DNA of 36,582 bases from Octopus sinensis (Eukaryota), in NCBI RefSeq assembly GCF_006345805.1, contig NW_021835928.1, forward strand, positions 1 through 36,582, read 5' to 3'. Positions 1 to 11,965 of this stretch are shown here, in pieces. Position numbers and translations under genes: made by a program. The notes beneath the pieces are model-generated. The model worked only from the letters and a program-made list of their open reading frames with translations. It made no database searches and was not told the DNA's origin. Position 1 is the stretch's first letter; each line of letters opens with the position of its first letter.

Positions 1-767
1 GAGAGAGAAAGAGACATTACAAGAAAGAGAGAGAGAGAAGTATTATGGGAGAGAGACATTACAAAAGACACAAAGAAAGAGAGGTGAAGACAGAGAGAAA
101 GAGAGATAGAGATCAGAGAGAGAGAGAGGAGAGAGAGAAAGAGACATTACAAGAAAGAGAGAGAGAGAAGTATTATGGGAGAGAGACATTACAAAAGACA
201 CAAAGAAAGAGAGGTGAAGACAGAGAGAAAGAGAGATAGAGATCAAGAGAGAAGAGAGAGAGAATAAGAGGAAAAAGAGACATTACAAGAAAGAGAGAGA
301 GAGAAGTATTATGGGAAGAGAGACATTACAAAAGACACAAAGAAAAGAGATGTGAAGACAGAGAGAAAGAAGAGAGATAGAGATCAGAGAGAGAGAGAGA
401 GAGAGAGAAAGAGACATTACACAGAAAAGAGAGAGAGAAGTATTATGGGAGAGAGACATTACAAAAGACACAAAGAAAGAGAGGTGAAGACAGAGAGAAA
501 GAGAGATAGAGATCAGAGAGAGAGAGAGAGAAAGAGACAATACAAGAAAGAGAGAGAGAGAAGTATTATGGGAGAGAGACATTACAAAAGACACAAAGAA
601 AGAGAGGTGAAGACAGAGAGAAAGAGAGATAGAGAGATATCAGAGAGAGAGAGAGAGAGAGAGAAAGAGACATTACAAGAAAGAGAGAGAGAGAAGTATT
701 ATGGGAGAGAGACATTACAAAAGACACAAAGAAAGAGAGGTGAAGACAGAGAGAAAGAGAGATAGAG

Positions 768-807
<40 letters not shown>

Positions 808-930
808 ACATTACAAGAAAGAGAGAGAGAGAAGTATTATGGGAGAGAGACATTACAAAAGACACAAAGAAAGAGAGGTGAAGACAGAGAGAAAGAGAGA
901 TAGAGATCAGAGAGAGAGAGAGAGAGAGAA
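1..930. repeat. Purine-rich ~130-bp tandem repeat, about 7 copies
   Basis: Recurrent unit GAGACATTACAAGAAAG...AAGTATTATGGGAGAGAGACATTACAAAAGACACAAAG...GAGATAGAGATCA with variable (GA)n; first two units start at 11 and 141. Confidence 0.93.
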
Positions 931-976
931 GAAAAAGAGACAGAATGAATCCCGTGCTATGAAGATGCAGTGTTAC

Positions 977-1154
977 CTGGTTTTGATGCCACGCTGAAAG
1001 ATCCTTTGTTGACCATGTTAAAGTATTCGTCGTCCTTCAAAAAGGCAAATGCTGTGAGGACAACGGCACGGGAGTAATCGTCCTTGGCCATCCTGTTGTT
1101 GACCCAAGAACGGAGATACTCAGCCGTCTTTTTGAGTGGGTCTTTGACGTCGAC
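977..1154 (-). CDS. TEP exon k (TED helices)
   Basis: Acceptor ttgtgcAG, donor GTAACA; 178 nt, phase 0 to 1. VDVKDPLKKTAEYLRSWVNNRMAKDDYSRAVVLTAFAFLKDDEYFNMVNKGSFSVASKP(G) fits the KA..YL...D.Y..A pattern. Confidence 0.85.
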
Positions 1155-1197
1155 CTGCACAAATGTAACATTGGTGAAACAGTTGTAGATAATAGAA

Positions 1198-1369
1198 GGT
1201 GGTGGTAGTAGCAGTAGTGGTGGTGGTGGTAGTGGTGATAGTAGTAGTGGTGGTGGTAGTGGCGGTGGTGGTGGTAGTAGTAGTAGTAGTGGTGGTAGTA
1301 GTAGTGGTGGTGGTGGTAGTAGTAGTGGTGGTAGTAGTGATTGTAGTAGTAGTAGTGGTGGTGGTGGTG

Positions 1370-1428
<59 letters not shown>

Positions 1429-1783
1429 GGTGGTGGTAGTAGTAGTGGTGGTGGTAGTAGTAGTGGTGGTGGTGGTAGTAGTAGTAGTGGTGGTGGTGGT
1501 AGCGGTAGTAGTAGTGGTGGTAGTAGTAGTAGTAGTGGTGGTAGTAGTAGTAGTGGTGGTAGTAGTAGTAGTGGTAGTAGTAGTGGTGGTAGTAGTAGTG
1601 GTGGTAGTAGTAGTGGTGGTGGTAGTAGTAGTGGTGGTGGTGGTAGTAGTGGTGGTGGTGGTAGTAGTGGTGGTGGTGGTAGTAGTGGTGGTGGTGGTGG
1701 TAGTAGTAGTGGTGGTAGTAGTAGTAGTAGTAGTGGTGGTAGTAGTAGTAGTGGTGGTAGTAGTGGTGGTAGTAGTAGTGGTG

Positions 1784-1815
<32 letters not shown>

Positions 1816-1975
1816 GGTGGTGGTGGTAGTAGTGGTAGTAGTAGTAGTGGTGGTGGTGGTAGTAGTGGTGGTGGTGGTAGTAGTGGTGGTAGTAGTAGTA
1901 GTAGTGGTAGTAGTAGTGGTGGTAGTAGTAGTGGTGGTAGTAGTAGTAGTGGTGATAGTAGCAGTGGTGGTGGTG
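1198..1975. repeat. Mixed (GGT/AGT)n trinucleotide array
   Basis: About 260 in-register RGT triplets; this explains the poly-V and poly-H/Y ORFs. Confidence 0.97.
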
Positions 1976-2047
1976 TTTTTGCTGAATAGAATTTGTTGAA
2001 AAAAAGCTGCAGTAATTACGCACCAACCTAATTAGTAATACCTGAGC

Positions 2048-2375
2048 GGAGGCGCAATGGCCCAGTGGTTAGGGCAGCAGACTGCGGTCATAGGATCGCG
2101 GTTTCGATTCCCAGACCGGGCGTTGTGAGTGTTTATTGAGCGAAAACACCTAAAGCTCCACGAGGCTCCGGCAAGGGGTGGTGGTGATCCCTGCTGTACT
2201 CTTTCACCACAACTTTCTCTCACTCTTACTTCCTGTTTCTGTTGTACCTGTATTTCAAAGGGCCGGCCTTGTCACTTTCTGTGTCACGCTGAATATCCCC
2301 AAGAACTACGTTAAGGGTACACGTGTCTGTGGAGTGCTCAGCCACTTACACGTTAATTTCATGTGTTCCTGGTGT
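2048..2375 (+). mobile_element. tRNA-derived SINE family 2; other copies 7053-7372 (+), 9167-9472 (+), ~19885-20165 (-)
   Basis: Head GGAGGCGCAATGGCCCAGTGGTTAGGGCAGC with A box TGGCCCAGTGG and B box GGTTTCGATTCCC; four dispersed copies. Confidence 0.85.
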
Positions 2376-2376
2376 G

Positions 2377-2710
2377 AAGGTGCATGGCTCAGTGGTTACA
2401 GTGTCGAGTTTACAATCGTGAGGTTGTGAGTTTGATTCCTGGACCGGGCTGTGTGTTGTGTTCTTGAGCAAGACACTTTATTTCACGTTGCTCCAGTTCA
2501 CTCAGCTATAGAAATGAGTTGCGAAATCACTTGTGCCAAGCTGTATCGGCCCCTTTGCCTTTCCCTTGGATAACATCAGTGGTGTGGAGAGAGGAGGTAG
2601 GTATGCACGGGTGACCTCTGGTCTTCCATAAACAATCTTGCCTGGACTTGTGCCTGGGAGGGTAACTTTCTAGGTGCAATCCCATGATCTGTGTTGTGAC
2701 CGAAGGGGAT
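2377..2710 (+). mobile_element. tRNA-derived SINE family 3; other copies 18241-18570 (+), ~20170-20412 (-), ~29150-29377 (-)
   Basis: Head AAGGCGCATGGCTCAGTGGTT (A box) and GAGTTCGAATCC (B box); dispersed copies in both orientations. Confidence 0.85.
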
Positions 2711-3510
2711 CTCAGAATATATATATATATGCTTCTTTACTACCTTGCCCAGACTTGTGCATTGGAGGGGAACTTTCTAGGGGCAATACCATGGTCATTC
2801 ATAACCAATTGCAGCCTTCTGACAAGGTCACATGAGACAGTCTCTTCCAAACTTCTGGTGAGCCGATAGCACAGTATAAAACGCTAGCTTCCCACCGTCT
2901 CGAGGTCTTTCAATTCCAGACCTCTTAAGCTCTAGCCACTGACCACACAGGACACAGCCAGTTCCAGCGACGGCACATCAGCAGCCACATGGAGATGCAG
3001 CAACACTCGTCCAACAGCATGCGGCAATCTCTTTCTTCGTCGCCTCCATCTTCTTAACGTCGTCAACATCTCTCTACATACACAACAACCTTGCACAGGT
3101 TCTATCTCATCACTGTTTGTAAATTACTTCACCATGGTTAACAGCAAAAACAACCAGCGAGAACTCCTGTAACAGGTAACCGGCTCTGCATCATAGCTAC
3201 GACGTCATGTATGACATGTACCTCAACCAGCTCTGCATTACTGCCACAACTTCTTGTTACAGCACTTCAACTATCGTGTACCGCGACTACGAACTGGTAT
3301 TTATCATCCTTGTGTCTGAACATTCCTCTAACCTCCTATTATAGACTCTTTCAATGCTCTGTACTTAATGCACACACATACACTTTGTATACATGACGGC
3401 CTGTCTATTATTATGTATATAGCTGGCAGAAACGTTAGCATGCCGGGCGAAGTGCGTAGCCGTAGTTCTGAGTTCAAATTTCACCGAGGCTGACTTTGCC
3501 TTTCATCCTT

Positions 3511-4232
3511 ATCCGAATCGTGGCCGATGCCAGCACCGCCTCGACTGGCTTCCGTGTCGGTGGCACGTAAAAAGCACCATCCGAATCGTAGCCGAAGCCA
3601 GTGCCGCCTCGACTGGCTTCCATGCAGGTGGCACGTAAAATGCACCAATCCGACCGTGGCCGATGCCAGCCTCGCCTGGCACCAGTGCAGGTGGCACGTA
3701 AAACGCACCCACTACACTCACGGAGTGGTTGGCGTTAGGAAGGGCATCCAGCTGTAGAAACATTGCCAGATAAGACCGGAGCCTGGTGCAGCCTTCTGGC
3801 TTCCCAGATCCCCTGTCGATCCGTCCAACCCATGCTAGCATGGAGAACGGACGTTAAACGATGATGATGAACGCATCCAAACGTGGCTGTTGCCAGCGCC
3901 GCCCCGACTGGCCTCGTGCCAGTGGCACGTAAAAAACACCATCTGATCATGGCCGTTTGTCAGACTCGTCTGGCACCTGTGCCGGTGGCACATAAAAAGA
4001 ACCATCCGATCGTGGCCGTTTGCCAGCCTCGCCTGGCACCTGTGCGGGTGGCATGTAAAAAGCACCCACTACACTCACGGAGTGGTTGGCGTTAGGAAGG
4101 GCATCCAACCGTAGAAACATTGCCAGATCAGACTGGAACCTGGTGCAGCCTTCTGGATTCCCAGACCCCAGTTGAACCGTCCAACCCATGCTAGCATGAA
4201 AAACGGATGCTAAACGATGATGATGATGATGA
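3511..4232 (+). mobile_element. Two adjacent copies of SINE-like family 4 with (GAT)n tail; others 8934-9165 (+), ~10214-10600 (+), ~17293-17480 (-), 26280-26598 (-)
   Basis: Shared core GTGGCACGTAAAAAGCACC...GGCGTTAGGAAGGGCATCCAGCTGTAGAA...CCCATGCTAGCATGG...GTTAAAC(GAT)n. Confidence 0.85.
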
Positions 4233-4659
4233 TACACACACATGCTAACCTATCAATAAAATCTTCTCTTAAACATTCTCCTGGTTGTCTCTCCTTTCCT
4301 TCTTACTCTCATACTCATTTATCCTTTTGTGTATTTATTGCAATCGACCGTGCAATGTACTAAAGGAGCTATTCTCGTCACCTCTCCTTCGCATGGTCGT
4401 TTACACTAGAAACAAGAGTCAAAAACCCTTATAGCAGCAAAAAAGTACAGGTCTATGTACTGACAGGTGAGATGAATGCCCCTCAGCGTCCAAGGTCCCT
4501 ATACTAGCTAGCTAGTTTCACTTACCTCACCAACAGTGACTACTCTGTTGCTTATGGTTAAGCTAAATCTCACCTGTCTGAATAAAGTATTTACCATGTA
4601 AATCAATGGTTAGACATATTTGCATATTGTTTGAATGTGTGCATTAGAGATTAACTTAC

Positions 4660-4734
4660 TATGGTTGCTTCTTGGCACTGAAGGAGACTGATTGCAACAA
4701 AAGCAGTCAGGGTAACACCGGAGGATGTTCCACC
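4660..4734 (-). CDS. TEP exon j (TED, GG....LTAFV)
   Basis: Acceptor catctAG, donor GTAAGT; 75 nt, phase 0 to 0. GGTSSGVTLTAFVAISLLQCQEATI. Confidence 0.94.
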
Positions 4735-5191
4735 CTAGATGGAAAATACAAAAGAGGAAACCGGTTGGAAGATGGTGAAATATTATTCATATATACAGAC
4801 AAGAGATACAACACAAAGATATCACATTTAAATACCATAATAAAATAGGCATGGCAGAGTCGATAAGAAGCTTACTTTGTAATCACAATGTATTGGGTTC
4901 AATCCCACTGTGTGGCACCTTACATTAGTGTTTTCCAACATAGCCTCAAGCTGACCAAAGCCTTTTGTGTAGATTTGGTCAACAGAACCTGAAAGAAGTC
5001 CATTGTGTGTGTTTATATATTTCTAAATGTGTGCATGTATCCCCTGGGTGTGGCTTTAAATTTCCTCCAGTAATGGAATCTTAGTGTAGGAATTTCAAGT
5101 TTTATATATCAGGTTGCGTAAAAAGTTAGCAACGTTTTGAACCATGAAGAATTTGTACCAGATTTTTGCAGAGTTCTGAATTTGTTTTTAA

Positions 5192-5410
5192 CCCTTTAGT
5201 GTTTAAACCGGCCATATCCGGCCCAAATAATCTACCTGTTTTCTGTTAAAACTGCCCAGATTTGGTATCTCACACCAACCTATAATGTCAATCTAAAAAC
5301 AGGTGATAACATCATCGAAATCTTAAAGCTACAAAATAATGCATGATTAGCTTAAAACAATACGGATGAATAAATATTATATTTGACAGAATAATCTGAA
5401 TGCTAAAGGG
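5192..5410. mobile_element. 219-bp piggyBac-type MITE (TTAA TSD)
   Basis: TTAA|CCCTTTAG...CTAAAGGG|TTAA. Confidence 0.88.
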
Positions 5411-5666
5411 TTAAACATATTTTTGAAATTGTCTGATAATACAGAAATAGGCTTGCCCAAATGCATCAACAAATGAACTGAGGTTTTTTCACCATTGTAC
5501 AATCATTTGAAATGGAACTGTCAAAGCGCAATATTCGAGCAATTTTGCTATTCAACTTCAAAAAAGGATTAAAGCAGTAGAAACTGCTTGTGATATCAAC
5601 GAAACATTTGGTGAGGAAATGACTAGTGAGCAGTCAACTCAGAAATGGCTTAAATGATTTCAAGGA

Positions 5667-5882
5667 GCACTGCATCCTTCGGGACTTCCATGCTTCCTGG
5701 GGTTCGCCAACACTGCACTTGATTTTCTCCCCTCCGTGCACACACGGGCATGTGTCTGACTCATACATTGTTCGCTTTCCAGACATTTCTACATTGCTGC
5801 ATGTACCTTATATGCACTTTCTGACAAGTTGTGGTGCACCTGAGCACTGTATACAATAATTTCATTATTATTTTTATTTTAT
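5667..5882 (+). mobile_element. 5'-truncated retroelement 3' end inserted in the mariner; inverted copy at ~28996-29150
   Basis: Interrupts the transposase between FQG and GDLSLED; a reverse-complement copy shares the same (ATT)n-tailed end. Confidence 0.65.
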
Positions 5883-5952
5883 ACTGGAGACCTGAGCCTT
5901 GAAGATTGTGAGCATAGTGGACGCCCATCTGTCATCAATGACGGTCAATTAA

Positions 5953-6171
5953 CCCTTTAGTATTTAAACTGGCCATATCCGGCCAAAATATTTAATCTGT
6001 TTTATGTTCAAACTGACCAGATCCAGGCCCTCACACCTACCCCACAATGTTATTCTACATTAAGTAATTACACCATCAAGATCTTGAAGATATGAGATAA
6101 TGCATGATTAATTCAAATCAATGTGAATCAATAGGCATCATGTTTGATAGAATAATCTGAACACTAAAGGG
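5953..6171. mobile_element. Second 219-bp piggyBac-type MITE, inside the mariner ORF
   Basis: Same TIRs and TTAA TSD. Removing it restores CAA TTA AAG ACC GTC (QLKTV) in the transposase frame. Confidence 0.9.
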
Positions 6172-7568
6172 TTAAAGACCGTCATTGAGAAAGAGCAATG
6201 TAAAACCACTCGAGAACTGGCAAAAGAGCTTCAAGTTATCCAGAAATCATTTGCATGTGATTGGAAAATCAGAAAAGCGTGACAAATAGGTACCACACGA
6301 TTTGAATTAAAATCAGAAAATGCACAGATATGAAATTTGCTTGTTGCTTCTTCTCCATAATCAGACCAATCCATTTCTCAACCATATTGTCACTTGCAAT
6401 GAAAAGTGGATTCTGTACAATAATTAAAAACATTCTTCGCAGTCGTTAGACCAAAATAAAGTACCGAAAATCTTCCTTAAACCCTGAGATCTTCAAAAAG
6501 AAGGTTATGGTGACTGTTTGGTGGTGTACTGCAGGACTCCTCCACTATAACTTCTTAAAACCCAGAAAGACCATTACTGCAGAAACATATTGCCAAAATG
6601 AATGAAAAACTGCTACTTCTCCATCCCAGAATGGTCAACAGAAGAGGGCCAATCATTCTTTATGACAATGCTTGACCACACGTTTCACTAATGACGCTCC
6701 AAACGTTGAGGGAACTTGGCTACAAAGCTCTTCCCCATCCAGCTTATTCCCCAGACCTTTCTCCCACTGACTACCACTTTTTCAAGCATCTTGATGGTTT
6801 CCTGCGAGAGAAGGAGTTCAAAAATCAAACCAATGCTGAAAGTGTGTTCAAAGAGTTCATCAGCTCCAGAACTCCAGACTTTTATGTTACCAGAATAAAC
6901 AAACTTGTAACTCGTTAACAAAAATCTGTTGATTGTAATGGCACTTACTTTGATGAATAAAATTTCTGCCTTGTTGAAATATATTGTGATGAATTTCATG
7001 TTTCAAAACGTTGCTTACTTTTTACTCAGCCTGATATATATATATATATATTGGAGGCACAATGGCCCAGTGGTTAGGGCAGCAGACTCGCAGTCATAGG
7101 ATCATGGTTTCGATTCCCAGACCGGGCATTGTGAGTGTTTATTGAGTGAAAACACGTAAAGCTCCACGAGGCTCTGGCAGGGCGTGGTGGCCATCCCTGC
7201 TGTACTCTTTCGCCACAACTTTCTCTCACTTTTCTTGTTGGCCTGCTCGCTTAGCCAGCAGGGTGGTGTCATTTGAAGGTTAAAACAATGCGAAGCGCAT
7301 TGTGACCAGCGATGTGTAGCAACATCTGATAGTCTGGTTGGTCACAGTGATCACAGTGATACATATATAGACAACAGGCTGCTTTCATTCTCTGAGAACC
7401 AAATCCACTCACAAGGCCTTGGTTGGCTTGGGCTGCAGTAGAAGACACCTGCCGAAAGTACCCTGTGGTGGGACTGAACCCACGTCCATTTGTTTGCGAA
7501 ATAAACTTCGTATCACACACCTTACTTTTTTAAACATTCTCGTCCTCTGTTCGGTTTATAATACTCAC

Positions 7569-7734
7569 CTGCATATCTTTATGGATGACATTGCCAACTT
7601 CTTTAAACGACCCATCTTTTTGCTGCCGTTCGAGTAACCAAGACACTGCTTTCTCTATCACTTTGCTGTCAATTGTTACACCTTTCATCTGGTGTTTTGC
7701 TTTACAGAAGCATTTAATCACATAAGCTGTCAAC
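7569..7734 (-). CDS. TEP exon i (TED, catalytic His)
   Basis: Acceptor ttatAG, donor GTGAGT; 166 nt, phase 2 to 0. (W)LTAYVIKCFCKAKHQMKGVTIDSKVIEKAVSWLLERQQKDGSFKEVGNVIHKDMQ. Confidence 0.96.
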
Positions 7735-9816
7735 CTATAAGTGAAACAGGAAATAAAAAGCTTTAACAAAGGTTGTACTTGTGGCAAGGGTCACAAGCAC
7801 TTTGCCCTTGGGCCTATACATTTGTGAAAGCTAAGGGATAAAGGAACCCTGAGATAAATGCTGATGATATGGAAGGGTTTCCAACATTATAAAGGATCCA
7901 GAAGGGGAGCTTCTGAGCAGCCCCTGCAGTTTCTGAAGTCTTCTTTTTCACCTGTACACATTTACGTTCACACACCCATACCCATCCATCCATCTACCTA
8001 TCTCTTTTACTCATTTCCATCATTTGACTGCGGCCATGCAGGAGCACCGCCTTTAGTTGAGCAGATCGACCCAAGGACTTATTCTTTGTAAGCCCAGTAC
8101 TTATTCTATCAGTCTCTTTTGCCGAACCACTAAGTTACGGGGACGTAAACACACCAAGATCGGTTGTCATGCGATGTTGGGGGGGACAAACACAGACACA
8201 CAAACATATACACACACATACATATATATATACATATATACGAGGGGCTCCTTTCAGTTTCTGTCTACCAAATCCGCTCACAAGGCTTTGGTCGGCCCAA
8301 GGCTATAGTAGAAGACACTTGCCCAAGGTGCCACGCAGTGGGACTGAACCCAGAACCATGTGGTTGGTAAACAAGCTACTTACCACACAGCCACTCCTAC
8401 GCCTATATATATATATATAATATATATATATATATATTATATATATATATATATATATATCTATATCTATATATATATATATCTACATCTATATATATAA
8501 CTATCTACATCTATATATATATCTATCTATATATATATATATATCTATATATCGTTATTTTAAGGCTGCTTATTTTACATTCATTTATGCGTGTATATTT
8601 TAATTGTCTTGGGTGGAAGTTAACATTGATAAAGCCGTCCCTTAACTTGTAAAGGATATCAATAAGTATTATCTCTCAAGTTAAAATGTATGTCATGTTA
8701 GCGTAAGTCTTGTACGGACGCTAGTGTACACATATACGTCTTATGAAAATGTATGTTGACGATCGTGTCCTTATTATGTACCGCAATAAAAAAAAAGTTA
8801 CAGATTATTAAACAGAATTAAATATGTTAAACAGGTTGGGAAGAATTGAAGAAAGATGAAATATCATTTTATATAGTTTATTTATATACATTCATATGTA
8901 TAATTTATATACATTCATATGTATACTTGCAGCAATCCGACCGTGGCCGTTGCCAGCCTCGCCTGGCACCTGTGCAGGTGGCACGTAAAAAGCACCCACT
9001 ACACTCACGGAGTGGTTGGCGTTAGGAAGGGCATCCAGCTGTAGAAACATTGCCAGATATGACTGGAGCCTGGTGCAGCCTTCTGGCTTCCCAGATCCCC
9101 GGACGAACCGTCCAACCCATGCTAGCATGGAGAACAGACGTTAAACGATGATGATGATGATGATGTATGGCCCAGTGGTTATGGCAGCAGACTCGCGGTC
9201 AGAGGATCATGGTTTCGATTCCCAGACCGGGCGTTGTGTGTGTTTATTGAGCGAAAACACCTAAAGCTCCACGAGGCTCCGGCAGGGGGTGGTGGCGACC
9301 CCTGCTGTACTCTTTCGCTCCAACTTTCTCTCACTCTTTCTTCCTATTTCTAGAGTAACGCTGCGATGGACTGACATCCCATCTAGCTGGGAGGAACACA
9401 TACGCCATAGAAACCGGAAAACCGGGCCCGTGGGCCTGGCTAGGCTTGAAAAGGGCGCATAAATAAATAAATAACATTCATACGTATATTATTTTTCTAG
9501 CTAATTCTTAGGCTTAACCAATGAAACATGACAACCAAAATAGGTGTCGGACTTTTAAAGAGTATTTCTCATGGTAACAACCATTACTCTGGATTTGAGT
9601 GATGTGGATTCATTTAGACAACCACAGATACTCTAGATGAATGGCTGCACGCTACGCCAGCAAGGAACACAGGTGTTAAATGATTTTGTGCCAGTGGCAC
9701 ATAAAACCACCCATCGAACATTGTGCCTCACACTGGATATGCTTGACAAGACCTGTCAAGTTAAATGAAATTGTAGTTGTGGCTGATGCCATGTAATGTA
9801 ACTGATACTGGTGCCA

Positions 9817-10213
9817 GTGGCACGTAAAAAGCACCCGTCAAACATTGGGCCCCATGGAGGCAATGATTAGAGAGTGAGATCTTTGGCAATATGGCATTCT
9901 TGACAAGACCTGTTAAGCCAAGTGAAACTGTAGTCATGGCCAATGCTGGTGGCACGTAAAAAGCACCCGTCAAACATTGGGCCCCATGGAGGCAATGATT
10001 AGAGAGTGAGATCTTTGGCAATATGGCATTCTTGACAAGACCTGTTAAGCCAAGTGAAACTGTAGTCATGGCCAATGCTGGTGGCACGTAAAAAGCACCC
10101 GTCAAACATTGGGCCCCATGGAGGCAATGATTAGAGAGTGAGATCTTTGGCAATATGGCATTCTTGACAAGACCTGTTAAGCCAAATGAAATTGTAGTCA
10201 TGGCCAATGCCAG
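9817..10213. repeat. 132-bp tandem repeat, 3 copies, anchored on the GTGGCACGTAAAAAGCACC motif
   Basis: Units start at 9817, 9949 and 10081; a degenerate unit lies near 9692. Confidence 0.92.
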
Positions 10214-10599
10214 TGGCACATAAAAAGCACCCATTCACTCTTTGTTGTTGTTGTTGTTAAGCAACAAGACAGGTAAGGGTGAGGGGCGGGCGACCCCAGA
10301 CCTTGGAAAAAAAATTTGGTCGTCTTGTTGTAGTCGAGGGCTCTTCCTTGATACCTGACACCACTGGAAGGTGGCCCCCGAAGTCGCTGGAAATGGAGAT
10401 CTCCAGGTCCAAATTCTTGAACGGCCCCCATTCACTCTTAGAGTGGCTGGTATTAGAAAAGGCATCTAGCTTTAGAAACCATGCCGAGTCAGACTGGAAC
10501 TTGGTGCAGCCCTGCAACCTACCAGTCTCAGTGGAACCGTCCAATCCATGCCAGCATGGAAAGCAGATGCTAAGTGGTGGTGATAATGGTGATGATGAT

Positions 10600-10890
10600 G
10601 ATGATGAGGAGGAGGAAGAAGAGGAGGAGGAAGAGGAGTGGGATGAGGAGGAGGAAGTGGAGGAGGGGAAGAGGAGGAGGTGGAGAAGAGGATGAATAGG
10701 AGGAAGAGGAGGAGAAGAGGAGGAGGAAGAGGAGGAGAAGAGGAGGAGAAGAGGAGGAGGAAGAAGAGGAAGTGGAGGGGAGAAGAGGAGGAGGAAGAAG
10801 TGGAAGTGGAGGGGAGAAGAGGAGGAGGAAGAAGTGGAAGTGGAGGGGGAGAAGAGGAGGAAGGGGAAGAGGGAGAAGAGGAAGAAAACA
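10600..10890. repeat. GAG/GAA-rich low-complexity tract
   Basis: Nearly pure purine triplet runs. Confidence 0.9.
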
Positions 10891-11561
10891 GTGAATAAAC
10901 GATCATAGAAGTTGTGAATAGCCCTTCCCCCCCCCCGATGATTATAAACCTGTTATCTGCAGCAGAAGTAGCATTGGATTAAAATAGCCATTTACGTTTT
11001 GAGCGTGTGTATGTGTGTGTGGGGGGGGAGGGGGTTGTCCCCTTGTCTTGACATCATGTGATAATTGTAATAGAAGCATCACTACTGCCATAGAAGCAGC
11101 ATCATTTGTTTCCAAGCATGGCTGAGTGCTAAGTAGTTTTGCCCCTCGGCCGCATGGCTCCAGGTTCTGTCTCACCGCAGGGCACTGTTGGCAAAGTGTC
11201 GTCTTCTACTACAGCCTTGGGCCAACCAAAGGCTTGTGAATGGATTTTGCAAATGGGAACTGAAAGAAGCCCGTTGTATGTGTACGTGTGACAACTGGTG
11301 TTGGTTTGTTTATGTTCCTGTAATGTGGTCGTATTTGGCAAAAGAGTCTGACTGAATAAGTACCAGATTTTGGAAGAAGAATATAAGTACTAGGGTCAAT
11401 TTGTTTGACTAAAATCCTTCAAGGCGGTGCTCCAGTAGGGCCACAGTCCAATGACTGAAACAAGTAAAAAATAGCAATTTAAATATACCCTATGTCAGAA
11501 TGAATGAAACCTTGGGGTTAAATAACAACTGTGATCATCTTTAAACCAAGAGATAACTTAC

Positions 11562-11643
11562 CAAGTACTTCCTGATTCATCTCTATCCCCAAAAGCACTG
11601 AATGACCCATCTTTGTGCTGGTACCTTAATTCATTTTGGTAAC
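11562..11643 (-). CDS. TEP exon h (TED, GYQ..L.Y...DGSFSAFG)
   Basis: Acceptor tttaaAG, donor GTAAGT; 82 nt, phase 1 to 2. (G)[26 protein letters not shown](W). Confidence 0.96.
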
Positions 11644-11965
11644 CTTTAAATAAAAATAAACACAAATGAACAACTGTATGTCACAATAGGAAGCTTGCTT
11701 TGCAACCCTGTGTTTCTGGGTTCAGTCCCACTGTATGATCCCTTGACCATCTCCCTTCTACTATAAACCCTTGGCTGACCAAAAATCTTGTGAGTGGATT
11801 TGGTAGAGGGAAACTGAAAGAAGCTCCTCGCATGTGTGTGTGTGTGTGTGCATGTATGTGCGCATGTGAATGCATGCATATGTGTATGCACAAACACACA
11901 ATATTTGTACATATGTTTGTGTGCGGGTGCATGTCTATGTATGTATGTATGTGCATGTGGATATG

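Larger units (their letters stand above)
5109..7034 (+). mobile_element. Decayed mariner (DD34D) transposon with three nested insertions
   Basis: TIRs TCAGGTTGCGTAAAAAGTTAGCAACGTTTTGAA and TTCAAAACGTTGCTTACTTTTTACTCAGCCTGA, flanked by TA. Transposase remnants from ATG 5512: MELSKRNIR.., VPHDL, VTCNEKWILY, DNA*PH, YSPDLSPTDYHFF. Has stops and frameshifts. Confidence 0.93.

Noticed and set aside
43-997. Arg/Glu/Lys-rich and Ser/Leu-rich ORFs
   Set aside because: Translations of the GA-rich tandem repeat.
995-1015. Possible compensating indels in exon k (NKGSFSVA versus NKDLFSVA)
   Set aside because: The frame is intact as given; an assembly error is only a guess without reads or orthologues.
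1037-2026. 329-aa His/Tyr ORF and 266-aa poly-Val ORF
   Set aside because: Automatic products of the (RGT)n array; intronic, with no independent gene signals.
2048-2120. tRNA genes at SINE heads
   Set aside because: A and B boxes are present but I could not fold a full cloverleaf, and each continues into a repeated SINE body.
2820-3415. Possible solo LTR (TATAAAA near 2876, unique GC-balanced sequence)
   Set aside because: No convincing TG...CA ends, TSD or second copy in the window; left unassigned.
4515-4580. Strong minus-strand donor (GAG|GTAAGT) suggesting an extra exon between j and k
   Set aside because: Nearby acceptors give in-frame stops or the wrong phase, and exons j and k already join without a gap relative to the family pattern.
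9761-10234. 157-aa ORF with 44-aa repeats
   Set aside because: Translation of the 132-bp tandem array, open only because the unit length is a multiple of 3.
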